Assembly (NCBI GenBank): GCA_976551045.1
Contig: CDPCPM010000044.1
Location: forward strand, 8,990,001 to 9,054,000
Reading direction: 5' to 3'
DNA length: 64,000 bases
DNA from: Glaucostegus cemiculus
Lineage: Eukaryota
Shown here in pieces: positions 24,221 to 37,561 of this stretch (positions are counted from its first letter, which is position 1; every line of letters begins with the position of its first letter). Position numbers and translations under genes: made by a program. The notes under the pieces were generated by a model. The model made no database searches. It was not told where the DNA came from and worked only from the letters and a program-made list of their open reading frames with translations.

Positions 24221-25070
24221 TGGGACCAGGCACAGTTGTATGCAATAACGACATAGAATCCTGAAGGCTCAGGTACACACAGACTACGATCTGACCCTGG
24301 AACTGACAAACCCGAGGGGAGGAGCCACCACAGCTGCAGCCTCAGCACTTTACACACCTGGGAACTGACTGTGGTTCAGGAAGCCCTGACCCCTTAATCT
24401 CAGCACTGAGCTGCTCATGGATGGTGGCAGAGACTGGCATTTGAGAAGGATAAGGAGACTGATATTGGCGCAATTTTCTTGTGTCACAATCTGAATTATC
24501 ATGGGTGAGTCTGAGATTGAGAGGCCTCAGCCAGAGCTCGGTGGCATTGGATTATGGGAGATGAGGACAGGAGTAGCAGGAGTTCTCTAGGATGGGGCTT
24601 GCTCTGGGGTTTGCAGAGAGTGGGAGTGAGGCAGCGAAGGTCTTTACTGCAGGGACAATATCCTTAGAGAGGCAGCCAGGGTGGACACAAGAGCCAAGAA
24701 TGGAGCAGGACACAAATGAAGACTGATTCCAGGTCTAGCACCACTGCAGGGACAGAGATATGCAGACTGTGAAAGGGAGAGCGATTTCCTGCAAATCACA
24801 GGTTTAAGCTCCACTGTGTGGTCAGCACGTTCTCCTGAGTTGTGCAATTTTGAAGTGACTTAGAAGTAAAGCCCGGAACTGGATTGTGTTTGCTCCAAAT
24901 AAAACAATTGGTTCATTTTGCAACAGTCACTCTGCCAAAGGTGCCTTTTACACTTCTTCCCTCCAATTAATAGTTAAATCTTAGGAAACTGCACATGACT
25001 GATCCACCATCTATTGTGATATGTAATGCCCCTGAAGCAGCAGAACACACGTAGTGAAATGTTAAACTCT

Positions 25071-25187
25071 GAAAATGAAAGCAGATCTGATTCAGTTGCA
25101 GGGAAATTCCCCCCCTCATGACATCAGTGTTTGGCAAATTTCACTGCAGGAGATGATGCAAGTGAGAGAAGAGAATCCCCATAAATA
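25071..25187 (+). promoter_or_regulatory. Chemokine copy 2 proximal promoter
   Basis: IRF-E-like GAAAATGAAAGC 25071-25082, kB GGGAAATTCC 25101-25110, CRE/AP-1-like TGACATCA 25119-25126, second kB-like GAGAATCCCC 25171-25180, TATA-like CATAAATA 25180-25187, about 95 nt before the ATG. Confidence 0.75.
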
Positions 25188-25280
25188 GGAGCTCACTGGA
25201 TGACTGCACCAGAACTTGATTCAGCAGAGAGCTGAGCTTGGAGCAGAAGATCCTTCAGCAGACATCTCTTCAGCAGCACA

Positions 25281-27197
25281 ATGTGGAAGATGGACAGAGC
25301 AGCCTCTGTAACGATCCTCATCCTCCTTCTGTGTGCCATTGCTGCACAGGGTATGTTGAGATGTCTGAACTTGTGTCTTAATCTTTATTAAACTGCAGCA
25401 CAAAGTCATGATTTTGTGGTTCATGTACTGTTTACCAAAAAATCAAATCTATCCAGATTAACGTAAGACTGATTCAGGTAGCTAGATTGCGGAAATGGAA
25501 AAAAAAGCACCAGTGAATTGTGACCAAACAGGATTTGCCTTGTTTTCATAGATTGCAGCTGCTCTTTGATCTTTGCTTTTAAGCTTCTAAATGAGGTTCA
25601 CAAGCAAACTTTTCAGGACATAATTGCTTGCAACATTTGAGAATGAGTTTGTGCAAGCACCTAATATATCTCTCTGGGTTGTGCATTGATGAGACAGAAA
25701 AGCTGGAGAAAGTACCAGCAAGTTTTACAGGCCTTGCTCTCGTTGACCCAACAAAGAAATCTGAGTGAATGTAATCTTTCCTCAGGTATTCCGATCCCAG
25801 GAGCACAAGGACGGTGTCAGTGCGTTCAGACCAGCTCTAATGTTATTCGTCCGAAGTTCATCCAGAGTTTGAAATATATTCCCAGAGGATCTCACTGTGA
25901 GAACGCAGAGATAATGTGAGTAAACAAGTCAGAGCATCATTTTTAACCTTAATCCTTTCTGATTTTTATTTGATAAGCTGTGCACTTGAAGAGAAGACAT
26001 TGAATTTCAGTGAATTAAATTTTACATGTCACCTTCTCTTCACAGAGTCACCCTGAAAAATAGGAAGAAAGTGTGTGTGAATCCTGATGCCAAGTGGTTG
26101 CAGGTTCTCATCACAGCCAAGAAAGGTCAGTGTTTGGTGTCTGCCAGAATTCACACTTTACATGTGAATGAATGTAGATGTAGTGAATTCTCCCCACCAT
26201 GTGAATCCGGTCGTCTGTGGTGGAGGGTGCTGTCTGCTCCTCCCTGCTGAACATTCCCTCCAGCATCTGGCACCTTCTGGTACTTTACTTGAGTACCCTC
26301 CCTGTATGTGTGAGCCATAACCTGGTATGTCAGTAAACTATTTGACCACGGTGCTGTCAGAGCTCAGCATCTCACTCTCCTCAGCGTTCACTATTGATGT
26401 TCCTGGGAGCTGTGATGGGGACCCGGAAGCAGAGGATGGGTCACTGGAAAACTACCATTTGCAGGAGTGGTGACTGGGACCAATTGTCACATCTTTTATA
26501 ACCCGGCTCATACCAACCAATGAAAGACAATCTGTGATCAAAGCAGGGACATAAGGAATAAAATAGTTAATAGTGATCTTCTTCACAGGCTGCAGGCAGA
26601 GAGCACGGGCAGTTGAGGGAATGAACTGTTAGGGAGCCATGTAAGGAGAATGTTTTGTCCTGGATGGTCTCTAGCTTCTTAGTGTTGCAGTTACACAGAT
26701 CCAGGGAAATAGAAAGAATTCATCACACTCCAAAGTTCTGCCTTGCAGATAGTGTAAAGGATGATAAATGTATGTCAGAAAGTGACTCACACACTTGCTG
26801 GACCAACCAGATAAATACAGTAGATAATGGACTGTTGATACTCAGGACGATAGCAATGCTAATGCCAAGGATAGCCCTTATGTCACTGCCTGGCTTGTTG
26901 GTTGGCACAAATGCTACCTGGCACTTACACATTCATACCTGAATGCTGTCAAGGTCCTGATATAAGCTTGCACAGTGCAGCGAGGAGTTAGAAATGGAGT
27001 TGAACATTGTGCTGTGCATTTTGGTTAATGCCCATTGCAATATTAATGAGCTGCTATTAATCTTGCAAATCATAACAATCTACTTCTTTTTGTCAAATGT
27101 CAGTTTGATAATTCCCTGAGTTCTGTATCACTGTGGGTAACAATACAAATTGTTCAATTTTATTTCAGGTGGTAAACAACACAATTCAAAAAATTGA
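25281..27197 (+). CDS. CXC chemokine copy 2 (non-ELR, CXCL8/CXCL9-11-like), 102 aa; exons 25281-25350, 25786-25915, 26046-26125, 27169-27197
   Basis: Spliced product MWKMDRAASVTILILLLCAIAAQGIPIPGAQGRCQCVQTSSNVIRPKFIQSLKYIPRGSHCENAEIIVTLKNRKKVCVNPDAKWLQVLITAKKGGKQHNSKN. It has a signal peptide, C-X-C, GSHC..EII and VC.xP.A.W motifs, with GT-AG introns in phases 1, 2, 1. The start may be the second ATG (25290), and exon 4 is less certain. Confidence 0.93.
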
Positions 27198-27742
27198 AGC
27201 TGAAAACTCAGGGAATCACTTCCATCCTGAACTATCTGACAGAGAATGAAGAAAACTCAGGCCTGGGTGTTAACTCTGTGATATCACCTTCCAATGGTCC
27301 ATTCCAGTGTCTGCTCTTCATGGTCTTCTGAGAATGATCTTGGTGTTCCTCCCTGTCACAGGACATGTTTACGTCCTGCCACACTACCTCTTGACATTCA
27401 AAGAAAGCAAATGATGTTTGTGCTAAACTTCGTGCCAAGTTCCAAGTTTCTTTCAACATCTGTTGTTGATCCTGAAATTGTGAACTCTAAAGAAAAGACT
27501 AAATAAGATGGATGTCAATCTTTAAAGTGTAATATTAGCTATGAGGGTGGGAGAGGGTGGTGGTTTTAGAATAACTTAGTTCATTAGTTTCCATGGATGC
27601 ATTGTTCAAAATGAACTCGGTCCACAAGAGAAGCCAGTGATGGGGTGGTGAACTGTGCTCTCTGCCATCACTGAAATAAAGGCTGGAGGATCTCAGATAA
27701 AATTCACACCTTGTTCACAGCTTCTCCCCCTGCACTCCACCT

Positions 27743-27780
27743 TTTCTGTCTTTTCAAACCCCTGTTTGAAAAGACAGAAA
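27743..27780. repeat. Perfect 17-bp inverted repeat with 4-nt loop
   Basis: tttctgtcttttcaaac-ccct-gtttgaaaagacagaaa. Confidence 0.9.
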
Positions 27781-28847
27781 TGAGAGAGGATAAATCAGCC
27801 TATGTGTATAGAATGATTCTTTTAGGTTATTTCATTAAAATAATCTGAGTTACAATGGTCAAAATAGAAATAATTTAGTAAAAACATTTCTGCACTTTCC
27901 TAAATGTATTGTGTGATGTAACATTGTCTCAATGATTTCTAGAGCAAAATTTGCACAGTAACCTTTCCTGTTTAATGTGATATGTTGTTGGCAATACTGT
28001 GGAATAAATGTGTTTGAGTTTGAATGAAACATTCTTATATCAAAATACAACAACTAATAGCTGCATGTAACATTGGTGCTATTTTACAGGAATATCTATA
28101 TTTTAACTGGAGCTTTTGTGGTTTTTCTGTAAAGTGTCTGATTTTAGGATCTATCCAAAGTCTGTGGCAGCAAATCCTATGCAGATGTAATTTTTCGGTA
28201 AAATACCTGCATTTCAGAAGGTAGTGCTGCTAATAGTCTGACAGTCATTGGAGGAAATGAAACTTGTAAATAGGAACAATGTTTACGTGGTGATACAAAT
28301 CCTTTGCCCTGAATGAACTTTCACTGACTGGTTCAGTTGACCAACCATCTCGTCTGGTTGGTTGATGTTTGTGAATGAATTTGTTGAGCATCCTCAAAAG
28401 TACTTTAGAAAGTAAAATAAATTGGATTTCTCATGAAGAATTTGTTGTCATTGCTTCTGAATTTCCAGTATACAGTTCTGCTTCTCCATTTGATGAATGA
28501 ACTAGACTAATGAATGAAGAACAATGTGTCCAGGGCCAAACCTGCACATTGTCAGTGGGTTTTCATGCCGTTTCTTTCACTTGCTAAATCAGCACAAATG
28601 GTGTGGTCAGGTACTGGGGCTCACACGAGAGGACTACACTGCAAAGTGGATGCAGTGATGCTGCAGTCCTACAAAATGCTAATTAAATCCAAGGGCTCAT
28701 GTGAGTATATGAGGAGAATTAAGGGTTTTGGGGGATGCGTAATTAGGAGTTTGGTTAAGAAAGGGAAAAGATTACACTTGAGCACTTGTCATTGATTTTT
28801 AACACTGGCAGGCAGGATGCACTTTGGAATTAACATCAAACTCAAAC

Positions 28848-31037
28848 ATCAAGAAGCAGCCACTCAGGACAACCACATTGACATCCAAGAGTATACAGAC
28901 TCTGTGCTATGCTACATCAGGAAGTGCACTGAGGATGTAACTGTGGACAAAGTGACTACAGTGAGGGCAAATCAGAAGCCCTGGATGACTGGGGAGGTTC
29001 GCTGTCTGCTACGTACCAGAGATGCAGCTTTCAGGGCGAGGGATGAGGAAGCTCTGAAGTCTGCAAGGAAGGATCTGTCTTGGGGTATTAAAAAGGCAAA
29101 ACGACAATATGCAGAAAAGATAAATAATAATTTCACCAACGACAGGGATGCGAGGCGTCTGTGGAAGGGAATCCAGGTCATCACTGACTACAAAGCTCCC
29201 CCCCAGGTTTGTGATGGTGACTCATCACTACCAGACCAGTTGAACGAATTTTATGCAAGGTTTGAGGCCATGAACCATACACCTGCCTCGAAAGCCCGGC
29301 CTTCACCAGAAGAACAGGCTTTGAGACTCACCCCAGCCAGTGTGGGGAAAGCCCTTTCACAGGTTAACCCTCGGAAGGCTGCGGGACCGGATAACATACC
29401 GGGGCGGATACTTAGGGACTGTGCGGACCAGCTTAAAGATGTACTGGCTGACATCTTCAACATCTCCCTACAACAGGCTGTTATCCCTAAGTGCCTAAAA
29501 TCTGCCACCATCATACCTGTTCCTAAGAAGTCTCCTCCAAAGTGTCTGAATGACTACCGTCCTATAGCTCTAACACCGATTGTCATGAAATGCTTTGAGA
29601 GGCTAGTTATGAAGCACATTAGAGCCTCCCTCCCCCCATCCTTGGATCCACATCAGTATGCTTATCGGGCAAACAGGTCCACCGATGATGCAGTCTCCTC
29701 TGCCATGCACTCTGCACTACATCACTTAGAGAAGAAGGACTCATACTGCCGACTGCTATTCATCGACTTCAGCTCCGCTTTCAATACCATCATCCTGCAA
29801 CAGCTTATCAGGAAGTTGAGCGCTCTGGGCATTAACTCTCCTCTCTGCAACTGGATACTGGATTTTCTAACTTGCAGGCCGCAGTCAGTCAAAATTGGTG
29901 AAAACACCTCAAGCACCATCAGACTGAGCACTGGCTCCCCTCAGGGTTGTGTGCTCAGTTCGCTCCTGTTCACCTTGTTGACTCACGACTGTGAGGCCAG
30001 ATTCAGCTCCAACCGCATTGTTAAATTTGCCAATGACATGACAGTGGTGGGTCTTGTCATGAATGATGATGAGTCGGACTACAGAGAGGAGGTGAAACAA
30101 CTAGCTGTGTGGTGCCATGACAAAAACCTCTCCTTGAATGTGGATAAAACCAAGGAGATGATAGTGGATTTTAGGAGGGGTCACCGCGTGCACGCCACGC
30201 TGACCATCAACGGGTCTGCTGTGGAACAAGTACGCAGCACCAAGTTCCTGGGGGTGCACATCACCAACGACCTGACCTGGTCCACTAACATTACGGCCCT
30301 CACGAAGAAGGCTCAGAAACGCCTCTACTTCCTGCGGAGATTGAGGAAAGCGTACCCACATCCCTCAGTCATGAAATCCTTCTACAGGGGGACCATTGAG
30401 AGCATCCTAACTCAATATATCACTGTTTGGTTTGGAAGCTGCTCAGCTGCTGGGCGGAAGTCCCTCCAGAAGATAGGGCTGCAGAGTGGATCATAGGTGT
30501 CTCACTTCCATCCCTCGCAGACATATATAAAGACCGTTGTGTGAGGAAGACCAAAAGCATAATGGCCGACCCTTCTCACCCCTCCCACCACCTCTTCACA
30601 ATTTTGCCATCAGGGAGGAGGCTTAAATGTATCAGGGCAAGAACGACCAGGCTGAACAATAGCTTCTTTCCGCAAGCCATCAGAACTGCAAACTCTCTCA
30701 TCCCTCCATCTTCCTTTGTTAACACTAAGAGATGCTAGGTGCACAGAAATGCACCAGCACTTTAAATGCCCGACACCAGCCCATTCACTTTAAGAACTAT
30801 TTATTTATTTATTGGCCACTTTTAATTTAATCTGTGTAATAATTTAATTTCAATCTCCATAGCTTCTAATGTGTAATGTTTTGTACTGTGTATTCTGCCA
30901 AGTGTGTATGTATGTCTCTGTTGGTTGTTATGTTATTTTTTATGGGACGAGCACCTGAGGAGGACGGTATCTCGCTCCTATGCATACTATGTATGTATAT
31001 GGTTGTGACAATAAAACTGATTCTGATTCTGATTCTG
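28848..31037 (+). mobile_element. Rex1/Babar non-LTR retrotransposon, 5'-truncated, inactivated RT
   Basis: ORF 28817-30496 is homologous to 18841-20562 but has KFANDM in place of KFADDT and a frameshift near 30475. (GATTCT)n tail. TSD aaac at 28844-28847 and 31038-31041. Empty site in the paralog at 32500-32520. Confidence 0.92.
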
Positions 31038-34000
31038 AAACTAGTAGATGGGAACTGCTACAGAGGGCTAAAGCTGGACTGAAAGTTAGGTCAGGGGTCA
31101 GCATGAGCACAGTAAATGTAATTTTTCTGATCATTACTTCTTAAGATGTAGATGTCACTAATTGCTAATCCTAATTGTCCCTTAAACTCAACACCTCTTG
31201 ATTTGCTGACTGTATCACAGGGTTCACAGGGTTGTGAATGGATNNNNNNNNNNNNNNNNNNNNNNNNNNNNNNNNNNNNNNNNNNNNNNNNNNNNNNNNN
31301 NNNNNNNNNNNNNNNNNNNNNNNNNNNNNNNNNNNNNNNNNNNNNNNNNNNNNNNNNNNNNNNNNNNNNNNNNNNNNNNNNNNNNNNNNNNNNNNNNNNN
31401 NNNNNNNNNNNNNNNNNNNNNNNNNNNNNNCAATGACATCTGAGTATCTGCCCATTTAGGTGTGAGCATTACTTCCAGTGCAGCAGAGCTCAATTTCCTG
31501 TTGTATTGGTCCTTGATTCCCCTTGACACTGGATCTGTGAAGCCCATGTGATCGTTGATGTGCAATAGTCAATTTAGTCCTCAGTTATTGTTGTTTATTA
31601 GATGGGAGTGGGCTTGTTCGACTTCTTGTCAATGAGGAGTGCAGGTAAGGCTGAACTGAATTCATAACTGCGGGATGGAGTCCAGGGTGCTCACATCAAG
31701 GACAGGGGGATGGCTGAGATTATCTTCAAACTGTGTCTGTCAGAAGGTTTGCAGAGTCCCTCTGTTCTTGGCTCTCAGTGGGTCTTCAGAGTTGGGACAG
31801 TGCATGGCTGCTATACCACTGAAGAATCTGTGCATGTCATGACTGTCAGTGAGTTGCTGAGGCTCCTGTACTCTCTTCATCTAGCACTCAATCTTTTGGC
31901 CATGGGTTTTTTGCTGGACCATTGTCTTCAAGACCCTGTTGAGACATTCCTGGTCTTTATACTGTGGAGTGCAAATTCCCAGTGCAATAGTTCAATTAAC
32001 GTAAACTGGCTATTGCACATCAACGACCACATGGGCTTCACAGATCCAGTGTCAAGGGGAATCAAGGACCAATACAAGAGGAAACTGAGCTCTGCTGCAC
32101 TGGAAGTAATGCTCACACCTAAATGGGCAGATACTCAGATGCCACTGAGNNNNNNNNNNNNNNNNNNNNNNNNNNNNNNNNNNNNNNNNNNNNNNNNNNN
32201 NNNNNNNNNNNNNNNNNNNNNNNNNNNNNNNNNNNNNNNNNNNNNNNNNNNNNNNNNNNNNNNNNNNNNNNNNNNNNNNNNNNNNNNNNNNNNNNNNNNN
32301 ATCCATTCACAACCCTGTGAACCCTGTGATACAGTCAGCAAATCAAGAGGTGTTGAGTTTAAGGGACAATTAGGATTAGCAATTAGTAACATCTACATCT
32401 TAAGAAGTAATGATCAGAAAAATTATATTTACTGTGCTCATGCTGACCCCCTGAGCTAACTTTCAGTCCAGCTTTAGCCCTCTGTAGCAGTTCCGGTCTC
32501 CTAGTTTGAGTTTGATGTTAATTCCAAAGTGCATCCTGCCTGCCAGTGTTAAAAATCAATGACAAGTGCTCAAGTGTAATCTTTTCCCTTTCTTAACCAA
32601 ACTCCTAATTACTCATCCCCCAAAACCCTTAATTCTCCTCATATACTCACATGAGCCCTTGGATTTAATTAGCATTTTGTAGGACTGCAGCATCACTGCA
32701 TCCACTTTGCAGTGTAGTCCTCTCGTGTGAGCCCCAGTACCTGACCACACCATTTGTGCTGATTTGGCAAGTGAAAGAAACGGCATGAAAACCCACTGAC
32801 AATGTGCAGGTTTGGCCCTGGACACATTGTTCTTCATTCATTAGTCTAGTTCATTCATCAAATGGAGAAGCAGAACTGTATACTGGAAATTCAGAAGCAA
32901 TGACAACAAATTCTTCATGAGAAATCCAATTTATTTTACTTTCTAAAGTACTTTTGAGGATGCTCAACAAATTCATTCACATACATCAACCAACCAGACG
33001 AGATGGTGGGTCAACTGAACCAGTCAGTGAAAGTTCATTCAGGGCAAAGGATTTGTATCACCACGTAAACATTGTTCCTATTTACAAGTTTCATTTCCTC
33101 CCATATTGTCAGACTATTAGCAGCACTACCTTCTGAAATGCAGGTATTTTACATAAAAATTACATCTGCATAGGATTTGCTTCCACGGACTTTAGATAGA
33201 TCCTAAAATATGACACTTTACAGAGAAAACACCACAGCTCCAGTTAAAATATAAACATTGCTGTAAACTAGCACCAATGTTGCCTGCAGCTATTAGTTGT
33301 TGTATTTTGATATAAGAATGTTTCATTCAAACTTGAACAAATTTGGTCAACAATATTGCCAACAGTATATCACAGACTATGAACAAGTTTTAAACAGGAA
33401 AGGTTACTGTGCAAATGTTGCTCTGGAAATCATTGAGACAAAATGTTACATCACACAATACATTCAGGAAAAGGGTTTAAAAAAATAATTTTTACTTAAT
33501 TATTTATATCTTGATCAATGGACCTCAGATTATTTTAATAATGTAACCAAAAAGGGTCATTCTATGTACATAGGCTGACTTATTCTCTCTCATTTCTGTT
33601 AATGTACAGGGGTTTGAAAAGAGAGAAAAAGCGGAGGGCGGGGGAGGAGCTGTGAACAAGGTGTGAATTTTAGCTGAGGTCCTCCAGCCTTTATTTCAGT
33701 GATGGCAGAGAGCACAGTTCACCACCCCATCACTGGCTTCTCTTGGGACCCAGTTCATTTTGAACAACGAATCCATGGAAATTAATGAACTAAATTATTC
33801 TAAAACCACCACCATCTCCCACCCTCATAGCTAATATTACATTTTAAAGATTGACATCCAGCTCATTTAGTTTTTTCTATAGAGTCCAGGATCAACAACA
33901 GATGTTGAAAGAAACTTGGAACTTGGCACGAAGTTTAGCACAAACATCTTTGAATGTCAAGAGGTAGCGTGGCAGGACGTAAACATGTCCTGTGACAGGG

Positions 34001-34156
34001 AGGAACATCAACATCATTCTCAGAAGACTATGAAGAGCAGACACTGGAATGGACCATTGGAAGGTGATATCACAGAGTAAACACCCAGGTCTGAGTTTTT
34101 TCGTTCCCTGTCAGATAATTCAGGAATGGAAGTAATTCCCGCATTTTGCAGCTTCA

Positions 34157-35969
34157 TTATTTTGAATTGTGTTCTTTACCACCTGAAATGAAATTGAATA
34201 AATTGTGTCATTATCTACAGAGATACAGAGCACAGAGAACTTATCAAACTGACTTTCCACAAAAATAGCAGATTCTTATGGCTTTTAAGCCTAATAGCAG
34301 CTCATCAATATTGCAACGGGCATTATTCAAAATACATGGCACAAGGTTCAAATCCATATCTCACTCCTCACAAAGTGACACTGTGCAAGCTTATATCAGC
34401 ACCTTGACAGCATTCGGGCATGAATGTGTAAGTGCCAGGTAGCATTTGTTCCAACCAACAAGCCAGGCAATATCCCAAGGACTATCCTTGGCATTACCAT
34501 TGCTGTCTTCCTGAGTATCTACAAGGCCCAACTCTGGAGTGTGTTGAACACTCCCTATTTCCCTGGATCAGTGAAGCTGTAACACCAAGACACTGGATAC
34601 CAACCAGGACAAAGCATTCTCCATAACTGGCACCCTAATGCTTCATTCCCTCAACTGCCCGTGCTCTATGCCTGCAGCCTGTGAAGAAGATCACTATTAA
34701 CTACTTTATTCCTTATGTCCCTGCTTTGATCATAGATTGTCTTTCATTGGTTGGTATGAGCCAGGTTATAAAAGATGTGACAATTGGTCCCAGTCACCAC
34801 TCCTGCAAATGGTAGTTTTCCAGTGACCCATCCTTTGCTTCCGGGTCCCCATCACAGCTCCCAGGAACATGAATAGTGAACGCTGAGTGAGGGGAGTGAG
34901 ATGCTGAGCTCTGACAGCACCGTGGTCAAATAGTTTGCTGACATACCAGGTTATGGCTCACACATACAGGGAGGGTACTCAAGTAAAGTACCAGAAGGTG
35001 CCAAATGCTGGTGGGAATGTTCAGCAGGGAGGAGCAGACAGCACCCTCCACCATGAAGGACTGACTCACACAAAGAAAAAACTCATGACACTCATGTTCA
35101 TTCACAGGGAAAGTGTGAATTCTGGCAGACACCAAACACTGACCTTTCTTGGCTGTGATGAGAACCTGCAGCCACTTGGCATCAGGATCCACACATACTT
35201 TCTTCTTATTTTTCAGGGTGACTCTGTGAAGAGAAGTTGACATTTATAAATTAATTTACAGAAATTCAAAATTAAGGTGCTCAGCTTATTAACTAAAAAT
35301 CAGAGAGGGAGAAAGGTTAAAAGTGATGCTCTGACTCGTTTACTTACATTATCTCTGCGTTCTGACAGTGAGATCCTCTGGGAATATATTTCAAGCTCTG
35401 GATGAACTTCGGACGAATAACATCGGAGCTGGTCTGAACGCACTGGCACCGTCCTTGAGCTCCTGGGATCGGAATACCTGCGGAAAGATTACATTCACTC
35501 AGATTTCTTTGTTGGGTCAAGGAGAGCAAAGCCTGTAAAACTTGCTGGTACTTTCTCCATCATTTCCGTCTCATCAATGCACAACCAAGAGAGATATATT
35601 AGGTGCTTGCACAATCTCATTCTCATATGTTGCAAAAAATAATTTCCAGACAAGTTTGCTTGTGAAACTGATTTAGAAGCTTAAAAGCAAAAATCAAAGA
35701 GCAGCTGCAATCCATGAAAACAAGGCAAATCCCATTTGACCATAATTCACTGGTGTAGTTCTTTCCATTTCTGCACCTAGCTACTTGAATCAGTATGGAG
35801 GGTTTGATTTTTTGGTAAACAATACATGAACCAAAAAATCGTGACTTTGTGCTACAGTTTAATAAAGAATAAAACACAAGTTCAGACATCTCAACATACC
35901 CTGTGCAGCAATGGCACACAGAAGGAGGATGAGGATCGTTACAGCGGCTGCTCTGTCCATCTTCCACAT
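34157..35969 (-). CDS. CXC chemokine copy 3, 101 aa; exons 35969-35900, 35477-35348, 35223-35144, 34182-34157
   Basis: MWKMDRAAAVTILILLLCAIAAQGIPIPGAQGRCQCVQTSSDVIRPKFIQSLKYIPRGSHCQNAEIIVTLKNKKKVCVDPDAKWLQVLITAKKGGKEHNSK. All splice sites are GT-AG and the first three exons have the same sizes as in copy 2. Confidence 0.93.
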
Positions 35970-36055
35970 TGTGCTGCTGAAGAGATGTCTGCTAAAGGAT
36001 TTTCTGCTCCAAGCTCAGCTCTCTGCTGAATCGCTGCAGAGATCCTGTGAGGTCC

Positions 36056-36175
36056 TATTTATGGGGATTCTCTTCTCTCATTTGCATCATCACCTGCAGT
36101 GAAATCTGCCAGACTCTGACGTCCTGACAGGGGAGGGAATTTCCCTGCAACTGAGGCAGATCTGCTTTCACTTTT
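36056..36175 (-). promoter_or_regulatory. Chemokine copy 3 proximal promoter
   Basis: On the minus strand: AAAAGTGAAAGC 36164-36175, GGGAAATTCC 36136-36145, half-CRE GGACGTCA, CATAAATA 36056-36063. Confidence 0.72.
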
Positions 36176-36995
36176 GCATTTTTTCATTTCACCACATGTG
36201 ATCTACAGCTGCAGGTCCATTACATATCACAATAGATGGTGGATTAGTTTTAAGATTTAACTATTAATTCCAGGTAAGAAGTGTAAAAGGCACTTTTGGC
36301 AGAGTGACTGTTGCAAAATGAAACAACTGTTTTATGTTGAGCAAACACAATCCAGATTCAGGCTTTACTCCTCAGTCGCTTCAAAATTGCACAACTCAGG
36401 AGAATGTGCTGCCACACGGTGGAGCTTAAACCTATGATTTACAGGAAATTGCTCTCCCTTTCTCAGTTTACATATCTGTGTCTCTGTGCACCTTAATGCT
36501 GCAGGTTTCTGAACTATGCACAGGTATAAACATAGTTCCAACATTGGATACAATCCCCACATTCCGTGAAGAGTCAGCATGTTACTGCAATGGTGACAGA
36601 ACTGCCATCATTCTTAGTTTGTGTCCTCCTTCATTCTTGGATCTTGTGTCTGCCCTGGCTGCCTCACTGAGGATATTTTTCCGCAGTACAAACATTCACT
36701 GCCCCTCCCCCAATCTCAGCAAACCCCAGAGCAAGCCCCACCTTACAGAACCTCTGCTACCCCTATCCTCATCTTCCATAATCTTATTGCCATTGAGCTC
36801 TGGCTGATGCCTCTCAAGGAAGTTTCCATCTCAGACTCACCCATGATAATTCACATTGTGATACAAGAAAATTGTGCTGATATCAGTCTCCTTATCCTTC
36901 AACAACTGCTGGTCTCTGCCACCATCCATGAGCAGCTCAGTGCTGAGATTAAAGGGTCAGGGCTTCCTGAAGTCAGTTCCCAGGTGTGTAAAGTG

Positions 36996-37265
36996 TGGCA
37001 TGATAGCGTAGCGGTTAGCGCAACGCTGTTACAGCGCCAGCGATCGGGGTTCGATCCCCGTCGCTGTCTGTAAGGAGTTTGTACGTTCTCCCGTGTCTGC
37101 GTGGGTTTCCTCCGGGTGCTCCGGTTTCCTCCCACATTCTGAAAGATGTACGGGTAGGTTAATTTGGGAGTTTAAAATGGGCGGCGTGGATTCGGAGGGC
37201 TGAAGGGGCCTGTTACCACGCTGTAAATAAAATTTTAAAAAAAATTTTAAAAATTAAAAAAAATT
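36996..37265 (+). mobile_element. tRNA-derived V-SINE (HE1-like) with 7-bp TSD
   Basis: A/B boxes (tagcgtagcggtt, ggttcgatcc), V-domain and AT-rich tail. TSD taaagtg at 36989-36995 and 37266-37272. Empty site near 24345. Confidence 0.88.
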
Positions 37266-37561
37266 TAAAGTGCTGAGGCTGCAGCTGTGGTGGCTCCTCC
37301 CCTCGGGTTTGTCAGTTCCAGGGTCAGGTTGTAGTCTACCTGAGCCTTCAAGACTCTATGTCTTTATTGCATACAACAATGTCCATAACCATGCTATACT
37401 TAAGGCAACTACATTACTATTTTCTTCCCCGCACTTGGCCTACCCCCTGTGCCATGATACCATGGGCAGCTTGCACCACCTCCCTGCAGACCTCATCCTC
37501 ATCTGAACAGAGAGCAAGACCTCGACCCTGTTAGACAATGGTAAGGGCTGAGGATCTTCCC

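Noticed and set aside
26126-26250. Read-through of exon 3 into intron 3 (GQCLVSARIHT...) as the true C-terminus
   Set aside because: Length and sequence vary between copies. A conserved donor and a conserved downstream acceptor with a short exon 4 fit the usual 4-exon CXC structure better.
36996-37060. tRNA-like A/B box sequences (also 5194-5260 and 60905-60972)
   Set aside because: These are SINE heads followed by V-domains and tails, not tRNA genes. No CRISPR, rRNA or other prokaryotic features were seen in the window.
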